DNA from: Myxococcota bacterium
Lineage (GTDB): Bacteria > Myxococcota_A > UBA9160 > UBA6930
Reading direction: 5' to 3'
Assembly: GCA_965223415.1 (NCBI GenBank)
Contig: OZ245002.1
Location: forward strand, 2,272,001 to 2,336,000
DNA: 64,000 bases
Shown here in pieces: positions 29,118 through 38,195 of the stretch. Each line of letters starts with the position of its first letter. Positions within the stretch are counted from its first letter, which is position 1. The position numbers and the translations under genes are program-made. The notes beneath the pieces are model-generated. The model was not told the origin of the DNA. It saw only the letters and a list, made by a program, of their open reading frames with translations, and made no database searches.

Positions 29118-32100
29118 TCAGACCCGCCGCCGGAACGCCTCCAGCAGCTCCTGCTCCTTGCTGCGGACCTGCTCCAGCTGCTGGTCCTTCACCGTGCCGT
29201 AGCCCCGGATTCCCTCCGGAAGGCTGGCGATCTCCACTGCGAGGGCGTGGTTCTCGGCGTTCAGGCCGTCGACCAGCTCCTGGAGCCGGTGCTCGTAGTC
29301 CCGCGGCAGCTGGCGCTCGAGGCGGCGGTCCGCGGTCCAACCGAAGGGATCGAAGGGCGTGCCGCGCAGGAAGGCGAAGCGCCGGATCGTCTTCCACACG
29401 CTCAGCATGAACCAGGCGGGGAAGGTCCACTTGGGCGCGCGGCCCGTGTCCGGATCGCGGGGGATCAGGAAGGCCGGCACGAACTGCATGGTCACGTGGA
29501 ACGCGAGCTGCGGGTCGCCGTCGAACTGCTGGCGGACCTGCTCCAGGAACGCGCCGTCCGTGTAGAGGCGGGAGACCTCGTACTCGTCCTTGTAGGCGAG
29601 CAGCTTGAAGTGGTAGCGGGCGACGGCCCGCGCCAGCTCGTCGCGGCCGAGCTGGCTCTTCTCGCGCTCGGCCACCTTGCGCACGAACGTCTCGTAGCGG
29701 CGGGCGTAGCGGGCGTTCTGGTACTCGGTGAGGAAGGGGATGCGGGTCGCGAGCAGCTCGTCCAGGGTGCGCTCCGCGGGTGCCGACTCCGCGCCCCGCA
29801 AGAGCGGCTTCACCGCGGCCTCGACCTTCGCCGGCTCGTGGGCCGCGAGCCGGCCCCAGGCGAAGGAGCGCCGATTGAGCTCGATGCCGCGCCCGTTCAG
29901 CTGGATGGCGCGATCCAGGGCCTCGCGGCTCACCGGGATGCGGCCCAGCTGCCAGGCGAAGCCCAGCAGGAACATGTTGGAGGCGATGGTGTCGCCGAGC
30001 AGGGCCTGGGCCCAGGGCGTGGCGGGCACGAAGTGCGCGTGGCCGTCGCCCACGGCGCTGCGGATCGCCTCCTCCATCGCGTCGGGCGTGAGATCGAGGT
30101 CCGAGTCGAGGGCGAACTCGAAGGTGGGGGCGACGTGATGGTTCATCACGGCCGTGGTTCCCGGCGCGAGCTTCGGCAGGTGCTCGGGATTGGTGGCGAC
30201 GACCGGGTCGCAGCCGATCAGCACGTCGGCGCCGCCCACGCCGATGCGCGTCGCGTGGATCTCCTCCGGCGCCCGCGCGATGCGCACGTGGCTCGAGACC
30301 GGGCCGTTCTTCTGGGCGAGGCCCGTCACGTCGAGCTCCGACGCGCCCTTGCCTTCGAGGTGCGCCGCCATGCTCAGGATGGCGCCGACGGTGACCACGC
30401 CCGTGCCTCCGATGCCGGCGAGGAGCACGTCGAAAGGCGCGTCGAGCTCCGGGGGGGTCGGCTCCGGCAGGTCGGCGAAGACGCCGTCGTCGCCAGTGTC
30501 CGTCCTGGGCGCCACCGCCTTGCGCAGGGTGCCGCCGGTCACCGAGACGAAGCTCGGGCAGTAGCCCTGGACGCAGGAGTAGTCCTTGTTGCAGCTGCTC
30601 TGGTTGATGCGACGCTTGCGGCCGAACTCCGTCTCCAGCGGCTCGATGGAGATGCAGTTCGATTGCACGCTGCAATCGCCGCAGCCCTCGCAGACGCGCT
30701 CGTTGATCACGATGCGGCGGTCCGGGTCCGGGAACTCGCCGCGCTTGCGCAGGCGCCGCGCCTCGGCGGCGCAGGTCTGGTCGTAGATCAGGGCGGACAC
30801 GCCGGAGAGCTCTCGCAGCTCCTTCTGCACCTGGCCCAGCTTCGCGCGGTCGTGGACGGTCACGCCACTCGGGAACAGGCCGCGCGCGTAGCGCTCCGGC
30901 TCGTTGGAGACGACGGCGATCCGCTTCACCCCCTCGGCCGAGAGCTGCCGCGCGATCTCCGGGCAGGTGATCTCGCCCTCCATCGGCTCGCCCTCGATGG
31001 GCTGCCCCCCGGTCATCGCCACCGCGCCGTTCACCAGGATCTTGAAGGTGATGTTGACGTCGGCGGCCACGCAGGCGCGGATCGACAGAAGGCCCGAGTG
31101 GAAGTAGGTGCCGTCGCCCATGTTCTGGAAGACGTGGGGCAGGTCGATGAAGGGCGCCTGGCCGATCCAGTTGGCGCCTTCGCCGCCCATGTGGGTGGCG
31201 CCGAAGGTGCGGCGCTCCGGGAAGAAGGCGGCCATGCCGTGGCAGCCGATGCCGCCGAAGGCGATCGAGCCGTCGGGCAGCTGGGTCGAGGTGTTGTGGG
31301 GGCAGCCGGAGCAGAAGCTCGGCATGCGGCTCAGCTGGCCGGGCGGCGTCACCGCCGGCGGCGTCGGGGCCGGGCGCAGGAGCCGCGCCTGCTCCGGCAG
31401 CCGCCGCGCGAGCCAGCTCCGGATCGCCTCCCGCACCGCCGCCGGCGCCAGCTCCCCGGTCCGCGAGAGAAGCGGCGTCCCGTCGTCCTCGTGCTTGCCC
31501 GCGAGCCGCGGCCGCTCGCGCTCGTTGTAGAGCAGGTGCGCCAGCTGCTCCTCGACGATCGGGCGCTTCTCCTCGACGACGAGCACGTCTTCGCGCCCCC
31601 GGCAGAAGGCCCGCGCCGCCTCCGGCTCGAGGGGCCAGGGCATCGCCACCTTGTAGATCGCCAGGCCGAGATCGCGGGCCCGGCCTTCGTCCAGGCCGAG
31701 CTCGTCCAGAGCCTGGCGCACGTCCAGGTAGGCCTTGCCGGTGGTGACGATGCCGAGGCGCCGCGCCTCGCCCTCCCAGATCGTGCGATCGAGGCCGTGG
31801 GCGCGCACGAAGGCCTGGGCTGCGGGCAGCTTCACCTGGTAGAGCTGCTGCTCGATCAGGACCAGGGTGTTGGTCATCGTCACGTGGTGGTCGTGGGCCG
31901 GGAAGGCGAAGCCCGGGTCGACCCGGTGCGCCCGCTCCGGCCCCACCTCGACGGAGGCGCCGCTGTCGACGGTGTCGGTCAGGCACTTCATCCCGACCCA
32001 GCAGCCGGAGTAGCGGGAGAGCGCCCAGCCATGGAGCCCGAAGTCCAGATACTCCTGCACGTTCGACGGGTTCAAGATCGGGACGCCCGCGTGGATGAGC

Positions 32101-32591
32101 GCCTGCTCGCTCTGGTGTGCGATCGAGGAGGACTTCGCGCCCGGGTCGTCGCCACACAGAGCCAACACACCGCCGTGTCGCGCCGTGCCCATGTAGTTGC
32201 CGTGCTTGATCGGGTCCATCGAGCGGTCGACGCCGGGGCCCTTGCCGTACCAGATCGCGAACACACCGTCGTGTCGGGCCGTCGCCTGGAGCGAGGCCTG
32301 CTGGGAGCCCCACACCGCCGTGGCGGCCAGGTCCTCGTTCACGCCCGGCTCGAAGCGCACCTGGTGCTGCTCGAGCAGCTCCTTGGCCTGCCACAACGCC
32401 ATGTCGTAGGTGCCGAGCGGCGAGCCCCGGTAGCCGGAGATGAAGCCCGCCGTGTCGAGGCCGGCGGCCCGGTCGCGTTGGCGCTGGAGCATCGGCAGAC
32501 GCACGAGCGCCTGGACGCCGGACAGGTACACCCGGCCCGTCTCCCGGGTGTAGCGGTGCTCGAGCTCATAGCTCTGGTCGACGGGGGGCAT
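29118..32591 (-). CDS. Fused indolepyruvate:ferredoxin oxidoreductase family protein
   Basis: SGYRGSPLG, WYGKGPGVDR, FCSGCPHN, MGDGTYFHSG, CEGCGDC, GIGGTGV, AYKDEYEV. Confidence 0.93.
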   Translation of the reverse strand: MPPVDQSYELEHRYTRETGRVYLSGVQALVRLPMLQRQRDRAAGLDTAGFISGYRGSPLGTYDMALWQAKELLEQHQVRFEPGVNEDLAATAVWGSQQASLQATARHDGVFAIWYGKGPGVDRSMDPIKHGNYMGTARHGGVLALCGDDPGAKSSSIAHQSEQALIHAGVPILNPSNVQEYLDFGLHGWALSRYSGCWVGMKCLTDTVDSGASVEVGPERAHRVDPGFAFPAHDHHVTMTNTLVLIEQQLYQVKLPAAQAFVRAHGLDRTIWEGEARRLGIVTTGKAYLDVRQALDELGLDEGRARDLGLAIYKVAMPWPLEPEAARAFCRGREDVLVVEEKRPIVEEQLAHLLYNERERPRLAGKHEDDGTPLLSRTGELAPAAVREAIRSWLARRLPEQARLLRPAPTPPAVTPPGQLSRMPSFCSGCPHNTSTQLPDGSIAFGGIGCHGMAAFFPERRTFGATHMGGEGANWIGQAPFIDLPHVFQNMGDGTYFHSGLLSIRACVAADVNITFKILVNGAVAMTGGQPIEGEPMEGEITCPEIARQLSAEGVKRIAVVSNEPERYARGLFPSGVTVHDRAKLGQVQKELRELSGVSALIYDQTCAAEARRLRKRGEFPDPDRRIVINERVCEGCGDCSVQSNCISIEPLETEFGRKRRINQSSCNKDYSCVQGYCPSFVSVTGGTLRKAVAPRTDTGDDGVFADLPEPTPPELDAPFDVLLAGIGGTGVVTVGAILSMAAHLEGKGASELDVTGLAQKNGPVSSHVRIARAPEEIHATRIGVGGADVLIGCDPVVATNPEHLPKLAPGTTAVMNHHVAPTFEFALDSDLDLTPDAMEEAIRSAVGDGHAHFVPATPWAQALLGDTIASNMFLLGFAWQLGRIPVSREALDRAIQLNGRGIELNRRSFAWGRLAAHEPAKVEAAVKPLLRGAESAPAERTLDELLATRIPFLTEYQNARYARRYETFVRKVAEREKSQLGRDELARAVARYHFKLLAYKDEYEVSRLYTDGAFLEQVRQQFDGDPQLAFHVTMQFVPAFLIPRDPDTGRAPKWTFPAWFMLSVWKTIRRFAFLRGTPFDPFGWTADRRLERQLPRDYEHRLQELVDGLNAENHALAVEIASLPEGIRGYGTVKDQQLEQVRSKEQELLEAFRRRV

Positions 32592-32601
32592 GGACAAGAA
32601 T

Positions 32602-32615
32602 TAGAACATGTTCTA
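32602..32615. promoter_or_regulatory. KstR operator, perfect palindrome TAGAACATGTTCTA
   Basis: TnnAACnnGTTnnA in a 60-bp divergent intergenic gap. Confidence 0.82.
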
Positions 32616-32651
32616 GTCCCATGGGCCAGCCCGCGATCCCAGGAGGCCCTC

Positions 32652-33491
32652 TTGAAGATCGGACTCGCCTTTCACGCGACGGACCTCGCAATGGATCCCG
32701 TCGAGGTGGCCCGGGAGGCGGAGGCGCGGGGCTTCCACTCGCTCTACATCCCGGAGCACACGCACATCCCGACGAGCCGGCGCACGCCGGCACCGACCGG
32801 CACGCCGGAGCTGGGGGACGAGTACCGGCGCAGCCCGGACCCCTACGTGACGGCGGCGGCGATGGCGACGGCGACAGAGCGCATCCTCCTCGGTACCGGT
32901 ATCGCGCTGGTGGCGCAGCACGATCCGATCGCCCTGGCCAAGGCGATCGCCACGGCGGACTGGCTCAGCGGCGGGCGCTTCGTGCTGGGCATCGGCTACG
33001 GCTGGAACCACGAGGAGATGGAGAACCACGGCGTCGACGTGAAGCGGCGGCGCGCCCACGTGCGGGAGGTGATGCTGGCGATGCAGGCGCTCTGGTCCCG
33101 GGAGGAGGCGTCCTTCGACGGCGAGTTCGTGCGCTTCGAGCTCTCGTGGATGTGGCCGAAGCCGGTCCAGCAGCCGCGGCCGCGGGTGCTGATGGGCGGC
33201 GCGCCGGGGCCGACGCTCTTCCGCCACATCGCCGAGTACGGCGACGGCTGGATGCCGATCGGGGGGGCGGGCATGCGGCAAGCCCTCGAGGAGCTGCGAC
33301 GCGCCATGGACGAGGCCGGCCGGGACTTCGCGAGCCTCCACCTCGTTCCCTTCGGCGTCTTCCCGGACACGGAGAAGCTCGACTACTATCGCTCGAACGG
33401 CATGACCGAGGTGGCTCTGCGCATCCCGTCGGCGCCGCGAGACCAGGTGCTGCCCGTGCTGGACGACTACACGAGGTACCTCGACCCATGA
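32652..33491 (+). CDS. LLM-class, probably F420-dependent oxidoreductase (Rv2161c-like)
   Basis: PEHTHIP, SGGRFVLGIGYGWN, DGWMP; TTG after AGGAGG. Confidence 0.88.
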   Translation: MKIGLAFHATDLAMDPVEVAREAEARGFHSLYIPEHTHIPTSRRTPAPTGTPELGDEYRRSPDPYVTAAAMATATERILLGTGIALVAQHDPIALAKAIATADWLSGGRFVLGIGYGWNHEEMENHGVDVKRRRAHVREVMLAMQALWSREEASFDGEFVRFELSWMWPKPVQQPRPRVLMGGAPGPTLFRHIAEYGDGWMPIGGAGMRQALEELRRAMDEAGRDFASLHLVPFGVFPDTEKLDYYRSNGMTEVALRIPSAPRDQVLPVLDDYTRYLDP

Positions 33492-33859
33492 CCCCCAGCG
33501 AAGTCGCCCGCGCCCTCATCGGTCGCATCGAAGCCGGCGACGTGGAGGGTGCCCTCGCCCTCTACGCCGACGACGTCGTCACCTGGCGCAACCTCGACGG
33601 CCGCGAGCTCGGCAAGAAGCAGGTCCGCACGATCCTGGCCTTCCTCGCCGGCCTCCCGGACCTGCAGTACCGCGACGTCCGCATCCAGGACACCGGCGAC
33701 GGCCGGGGCTTCGTCCAGCAGCACGTCCTCACCTGCAAGAGCAAGCAGGGCGAGCCCGTCGAAGCCGCCGCCTGCCTCGTCGCCCGCGTCGAGCAGGGCC
33801 AACTGAAGCGCCTCGACGAATACCTCGACTCCGCCGCCATGGCACCCCTGTTGGGCTAG
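33488..33859 (+). CDS. NTF2/SnoaL-like protein
   Basis: LYADDVVTW, GFVQQH, RLDEYLDS; ATGA overlap. Confidence 0.82.
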   Translation: MTPSEVARALIGRIEAGDVEGALALYADDVVTWRNLDGRELGKKQVRTILAFLAGLPDLQYRDVRIQDTGDGRGFVQQHVLTCKSKQGEPVEAAACLVARVEQGQLKRLDEYLDSAAMAPLLG

Positions 33860-33914
33860 CCCGGATCGTTCGTGAAGACGTCGACCCCTGAATCGAAGCA
33901 GGCCCCACCTGCGA

Positions 33915-33942
33915 GGGGCGGCCACCCTGCTGTGACCGCCCC
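33915..33942. terminator. GC-rich hairpin between convergent genes
   Basis: GGGGCGGCCAC-6-GTGACCGCCCC; no U tract. Confidence 0.4.
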
Positions 33943-33951
33943 TGTCGGGAG

Positions 33952-34751
33952 CTAGCTCCGGGGGCCCCGACCCACCGCGGCGAGTGCGGCCAGGCCGGCG
34001 CCGAGGAGGAGGAAGGGGCCCGGCTCGGGCACGGAGAAGTTCAGGGTCAGGCTGGTGGCGCCCGCCGTGCGGTAGCTCCAGGTCGAGCCGTCGCAGGTCG
34101 GATAACCGCCCACGCACACCGCCGTGACGGTCGGCGACACGAGTCTGACGCTTCCGGCGCCCCCGGCGGTCAGGTTGAACGAGCCCATGAACGTGAAGTT
34201 CGGCAGGGCCACGGTCATGTTCGTCGCGCCGTTCGGCGTCGTGGTGGTGCCGAACAGGCTGCTGATGGTGCCGGAGCCCGGCGTCCAGGGCAGAAACGTC
34301 GCGGTGACGTTCTGGACGCCCACTATCGGGTTGGTGGTCGCGATGACGGTGGTGCCCGACACGCCCACCGACAACGGGACGGTCAGGAACGGAAACCCGG
34401 GGCCGACGAACAAGAAAACACTCACGACGCCGGGGATGCCCTGGTTGGCCGCCGCGCCACCGGGGGTGGCCGTGATCGTCTGGATGCCGCCGAGCGTCTG
34501 GTTAACGGTCAGCTGCGGCGGCCCGGGGCTGTCCCCGAAGAGGAGAAGGAGACGGAAACCGACACCGTGATGCTGCCGCCCGTGCTGGTGCCCGAAGCGA
34601 CCAGGCTGCCACCGCCGGTTGTCAGCGTGAACGGGGTGCCCTGGAGGGCCCCGTTCCAAGTCGCCGACGACAGCGTGCCCGCCGCGGCCGTGGCCGCGCA
34701 GAAGACCACCATCACGGCGAGGATTGATGCCTTGCCCATGATGGAACCCAT
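33952..34751 (-). pseudogene. PEP-CTERM surface protein, frameshifted near 34525-34545
   Basis: Signal peptide and Thr/Gly-rich N-terminus in one frame; VPEPGPFLLLGAGLAALAAVGRGPRS C-terminus in another frame. Confidence 0.72.
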
Positions 34752-34781
34752 CTATCTGAGTGGTTTCGGTGTCGGCACGCC

Positions 34782-34799
34782 AAAGCCCCGCTTCGGGGC
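34782..34799 (-). terminator. Possible intrinsic terminator after LLM gene
   Basis: Minus strand GCCCCG-AAG-CGGGGC-TTT. Confidence 0.35.
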
Positions 34800-34971
34800 G
34801 CCTCTCGCACGAATCGTAGCACGATCGGCTGGCTGCAGCGGATCTCCGGTGCGCTCCGAGGCGATTGTCAACGCGTGGCCATCGCCTTCGGCGCGGTCGC
34901 GGCTGACGGTCCTCCCAGAAATCTCGATCCGTCCGGGTTGTGGCCGGCGTCCTCGACGCAACACCGTTGCA

Positions 34972-35889
34972 TCAGGGGCCGGTTCCCTTGCGCAACACGT
35001 CCTCGCCGAAGCGGGCGATGGCGTCGCAGAACTCGGCGCGGTCGCGGTGGGGTAGGCCGATGACGAGCCAGGTGACGCCGGCGTCGGCGAGCTCGGCGGC
35101 GAGGTCGAGGAGTGCTGTGGGCTCCGGCAGCGGCTCGTGGTAGGCGACCGGTGAGAAGGCGACGTCCAGCGGGGCGCTGCGGCCGACCTTCTCGGCATGC
35201 TCGCGGGCGTAGGCGAGGAGCGCCCGCAGGTCACCCAGGCCTTCGAGCTTCGCGGTGCCGACGCGGCTCGCCATCTTCGCCGGCGCGGGGAAGGGGAGCC
35301 AGCCGTCGCCGAGCTCGACGGCCCGGCGCAGGGCCCGCCTGCTGTTTCCGCCCACCCAGATCGGCGGCCCGGGCCGTTGGATCGGACGCGGCCGCGCGGT
35401 GTTGCCCGCGGCGCGGAAGTGCAGCCCGTCCATCTTCAGGCTCTCTCCGCTCCAGGCGGCGCGCATGGCGTGGATCGTCTCGTCGCACACCTCGTTGCGG
35501 TGCGCGAAGTCCGCGCCGATCGCGTCGAACTCCGCCTCCAGGTAGCCCGCAGCCACGCCGGCGATCACCCGCCCGCCCGAGAGGACGTCCAGGCTGGCGA
35601 GGGACTTCGCCGTGATGAAGGGGTTGCGGTAGGGCAGCACCAGCACGTGGGTCTGCAGTCGGATCGTCGTCGTGGCCGCTGCCACGAACGAGAGCGCCAC
35701 GAAGGGATCGAGGGCGTGGTGGCCACCGGTCGCGAGCCAGCGGTCCTCCGGGATCGGGTGGTCCGTGACGAAGCAGCTCTGGAAGCCCGCCGCCTCGGCC
35801 CCGCGGCCCATCTCGGCCAGGGCTTCGGGCGTCAGGAACTCCCCGGGCTGGTCCACCTTGTCGGTCGGGAGCTGCACGGTGTACCGCAT
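34972..35889 (-). CDS. LLM-class, probably F420-dependent oxidoreductase (TIGR03619-like)
   Basis: VTDHP, LDPFVALSF, PYRNP, IWVGGNS, GDGWLP. Confidence 0.88.
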   Translation of the reverse strand: MRYTVQLPTDKVDQPGEFLTPEALAEMGRGAEAAGFQSCFVTDHPIPEDRWLATGGHHALDPFVALSFVAAATTTIRLQTHVLVLPYRNPFITAKSLASLDVLSGGRVIAGVAAGYLEAEFDAIGADFAHRNEVCDETIHAMRAAWSGESLKMDGLHFRAAGNTARPRPIQRPGPPIWVGGNSRRALRRAVELGDGWLPFPAPAKMASRVGTAKLEGLGDLRALLAYAREHAEKVGRSAPLDVAFSPVAYHEPLPEPTALLDLAAELADAGVTWLVIGLPHRDRAEFCDAIARFGEDVLRKGTGP

Positions 35890-35978
35890 GGGTCGATGCT
35901 ACCGGCCCTGGCAGAATATCGAAACGGTCCGTATCATAATCCCCCTTCCGGTCCCCTTCGCCCGAGGAGCCGCCTCCC

Positions 35979-37172
35979 GTGGATCTCCGCTACTCCGACG
36001 CCGACGAGAAGTTCCGCAAGGAGCTGCGCGACTGGCTGGCCGAGGAGGTGCCGAAGCACGGCACCCCGCCCCATCGCGACGACTGGGAGGCCCGCCGCGT
36101 CTACGACACGGGCTGGCAGCGCAAGCTCTTCGACGCGGGCTACGCCGGCGTCAACTGGCCCAAGGAGTACGGCGGCCGCGGCGCCACCCTCACCGAGGAG
36201 CTCGTCTACTACGAGGAGCTGGCCCGGGCCAAGGCCCCCTACATCGGCATGAACTTCGTCGGCGTCCGCCACGGCGGCCCCACCATCATCGCCGAAGGCG
36301 ACGAGCGGCAGAAGAAGGCCCACCTGCCGAAGATCCTGCGCGGCGAGGAGGTCTGGTGTCAGGGCTTCAGCGAGCCGAACTCCGGCTCGGACCTGGCGTC
36401 GCTCTCCTGCTCGGCGGTTCGCGATGGCGACCACTACGTCCTGAACGGCCACAAGATCTGGACGTCCTTCGCCCACGCCGCCGATTTCTGCGAGATGCTC
36501 GTCCGCACCAACCCGGACGGCCCCAAGCACAGGGGCATCTCCTGGCTGATCATGCCGATGGACCTGGACGGTATCGAGATCCGCCCGCTCCCCACGCTCC
36601 TCGGCGAGATCGACTTCAGCGAAGTCTTCCTCAGCGACGTTCGCGTGCCGGTCGAAGGCCTCGTCGGCAAGGAGAACGACGGCTGGCGCATCACGAACGT
36701 CACCCTGCGCTTCGAGCGCGGCAGCGCCTGGGCCGCCGACATCATCGAGCTACAGGCGTTCCTGGAAGAGCTGGCGGCGCTCGCGAAGAAGATCACCCGG
36801 GACGACGCCAGCGCCTGGGAGGACCGCGCCCTGCGTCGCGACATCGGCCACCTCTCGGCGGAGGTCGACTCGCTCTGGGCGTGGATCAAGTACTCGATCT
36901 CCGAGACGGCGAAGAGCGGCGTGCCCGGCCTCGACGGCTCGGCCATCAAGCTCGGCTTCACCGAGCTGAATCAGCGCATCTACGAGCTGGGGACGCGGCT
37001 CCTCGGCCGCGCTGGCCTGGTGCGCGAGGACGTGGACGACGATCTCCCGAGCGAGCGCATCGTCGACAAGTTCCTGAACACGCTCTCGCTGACGATCGCC
37101 GCGGGCAGCTCGCAGATCCAGCGCAACATCATCTCCGAGCGCATCCTCCAGCTGCCGAAGGAGCCCCGCTAG
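35979..37172 (+). CDS. Acyl-CoA dehydrogenase
   Basis: WCQGFSEPNSGSDLASL, IAAGSSQIQRNIISER. Confidence 0.92.
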   Translation: MDLRYSDADEKFRKELRDWLAEEVPKHGTPPHRDDWEARRVYDTGWQRKLFDAGYAGVNWPKEYGGRGATLTEELVYYEELARAKAPYIGMNFVGVRHGGPTIIAEGDERQKKAHLPKILRGEEVWCQGFSEPNSGSDLASLSCSAVRDGDHYVLNGHKIWTSFAHAADFCEMLVRTNPDGPKHRGISWLIMPMDLDGIEIRPLPTLLGEIDFSEVFLSDVRVPVEGLVGKENDGWRITNVTLRFERGSAWAADIIELQAFLEELAALAKKITRDDASAWEDRALRRDIGHLSAEVDSLWAWIKYSISETAKSGVPGLDGSAIKLGFTELNQRIYELGTRLLGRAGLVREDVDDDLPSERIVDKFLNTLSLTIAAGSSQIQRNIISERILQLPKEPR

Positions 37173-38147
37173 ATGGACTTCCAGCTCAGCGAAGACCAGC
37201 AGGCTCTCCAGGAGGGCATCCGCGCCTTCGTGGACGGGAACTACGCCTTCGACCGCACGCCGGAGATCGAGAAGGAGCCCCTCACCCGGGAGGCGTGGAG
37301 CGAGCTGGCGGAGATGGGGGTCTTCTCCCTGCGCCAGCCCGAAGCCGAGGGCGGCGTCGGTCTCGGCTCCGTCGAGGCGGTGGTCGTGTTCCAGGAGCTC
37401 GGTCGGCGGCTCGTGCCCGGACCGCTGGTCTGGAGCCATCTGGCCGCCGGCCTCGTCGACGGCGCCGCCGGCGGCGAGCAGATCGTCGGAGGCCTCGACC
37501 TCACGCGGCCCAGCTCGGATCCGCTGCTGGTCGAGTACGGCGACGCGCTCGACGCGCTCCTCGTGCTGCGGCCCGAAGGCGTGTTCCGTGTCGACCCGGA
37601 GGCGCTGGAGACGAAGCCCGTGGCGACGCCGCTCGATCCGCTCACGCCGATGCAGCTCGCCGCGTCGCTGCCCGAGGGCGATCGCCTCGCCGGCTCGGAC
37701 GAGGCCATGCGCTTGCGCACCGAGGGCGCGGCCCTGGCCTCGGGACTGCTGCTCGGAATCGCCGAGTCGACGCTCGACTATGCGAACGAGTACGCCAAGA
37801 CCCGCGAACAGTTCAACCGCCCCATCGGCTCGTTTCAGGCCATCAAGCACTTCCTCGCCGACATGTACGTGCGGGTCGGTCAGGCCCGCTGCGTCAGCTA
37901 CGCGGCCGGCGCCACGCTCGACGATCCGGCCATCGGCGACGTCGTGCGCGCCGTCGCCTCCGCCAAGGTGGTTGCCGGCGAGGCCGCCATGAAGAACGCC
38001 CGCTCCTGCGTCCAGATCTACGGCGGCATGGGCTACACCTGGGAGCTCCCGCCCCATTATTACCTGAAGCGCACCTTCGTCCTCGAGCAGGCCTTCGGCA
38101 CCGTGGACGAGCACGCTGAACGCATCGCCGACCACCTCGCCGCGTAA
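37173..38147 (+). CDS. Short acyl-CoA dehydrogenase (probable heteromer partner)
   Basis: REQFNRPIGSFQAIKH, QIYGGMGYTWE; abuts upstream ACAD. Confidence 0.9.
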   Translation: MDFQLSEDQQALQEGIRAFVDGNYAFDRTPEIEKEPLTREAWSELAEMGVFSLRQPEAEGGVGLGSVEAVVVFQELGRRLVPGPLVWSHLAAGLVDGAAGGEQIVGGLDLTRPSSDPLLVEYGDALDALLVLRPEGVFRVDPEALETKPVATPLDPLTPMQLAASLPEGDRLAGSDEAMRLRTEGAALASGLLLGIAESTLDYANEYAKTREQFNRPIGSFQAIKHFLADMYVRVGQARCVSYAAGATLDDPAIGDVVRAVASAKVVAGEAAMKNARSCVQIYGGMGYTWELPPHYYLKRTFVLEQAFGTVDEHAERIADHLAA

Positions 38148-38148
38148 C

Positions 38149-38183
38149 AACTTAACAAAGGTGCCGGTTCTGTTTGTTAAGTT
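38149..38183. repeat. REP-like palindromic repeat copy
   Basis: AACTTAACAAA-GGTGCCGGTTCTG-TTTGTTAAGTT. Confidence 0.7.
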
Positions 38184-38195
38184 CCGGAGGTCTTC

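Noticed and set aside
26977..32394. 1805-aa minus-strand ORF and similar long Arg/Pro/Gly-rich ORFs (1095-4148, 50967-54722, 55037-59050)
   Set aside because: Off-frame or antisense artefacts of high GC, with no motifs, overlapping well-supported genes.
27411..33491. 2026-aa plus-strand ORF
   Set aside because: Antisense shadow of the rhomboid and IOR genes; only the last part from TTG 32652 is a real LLM gene.
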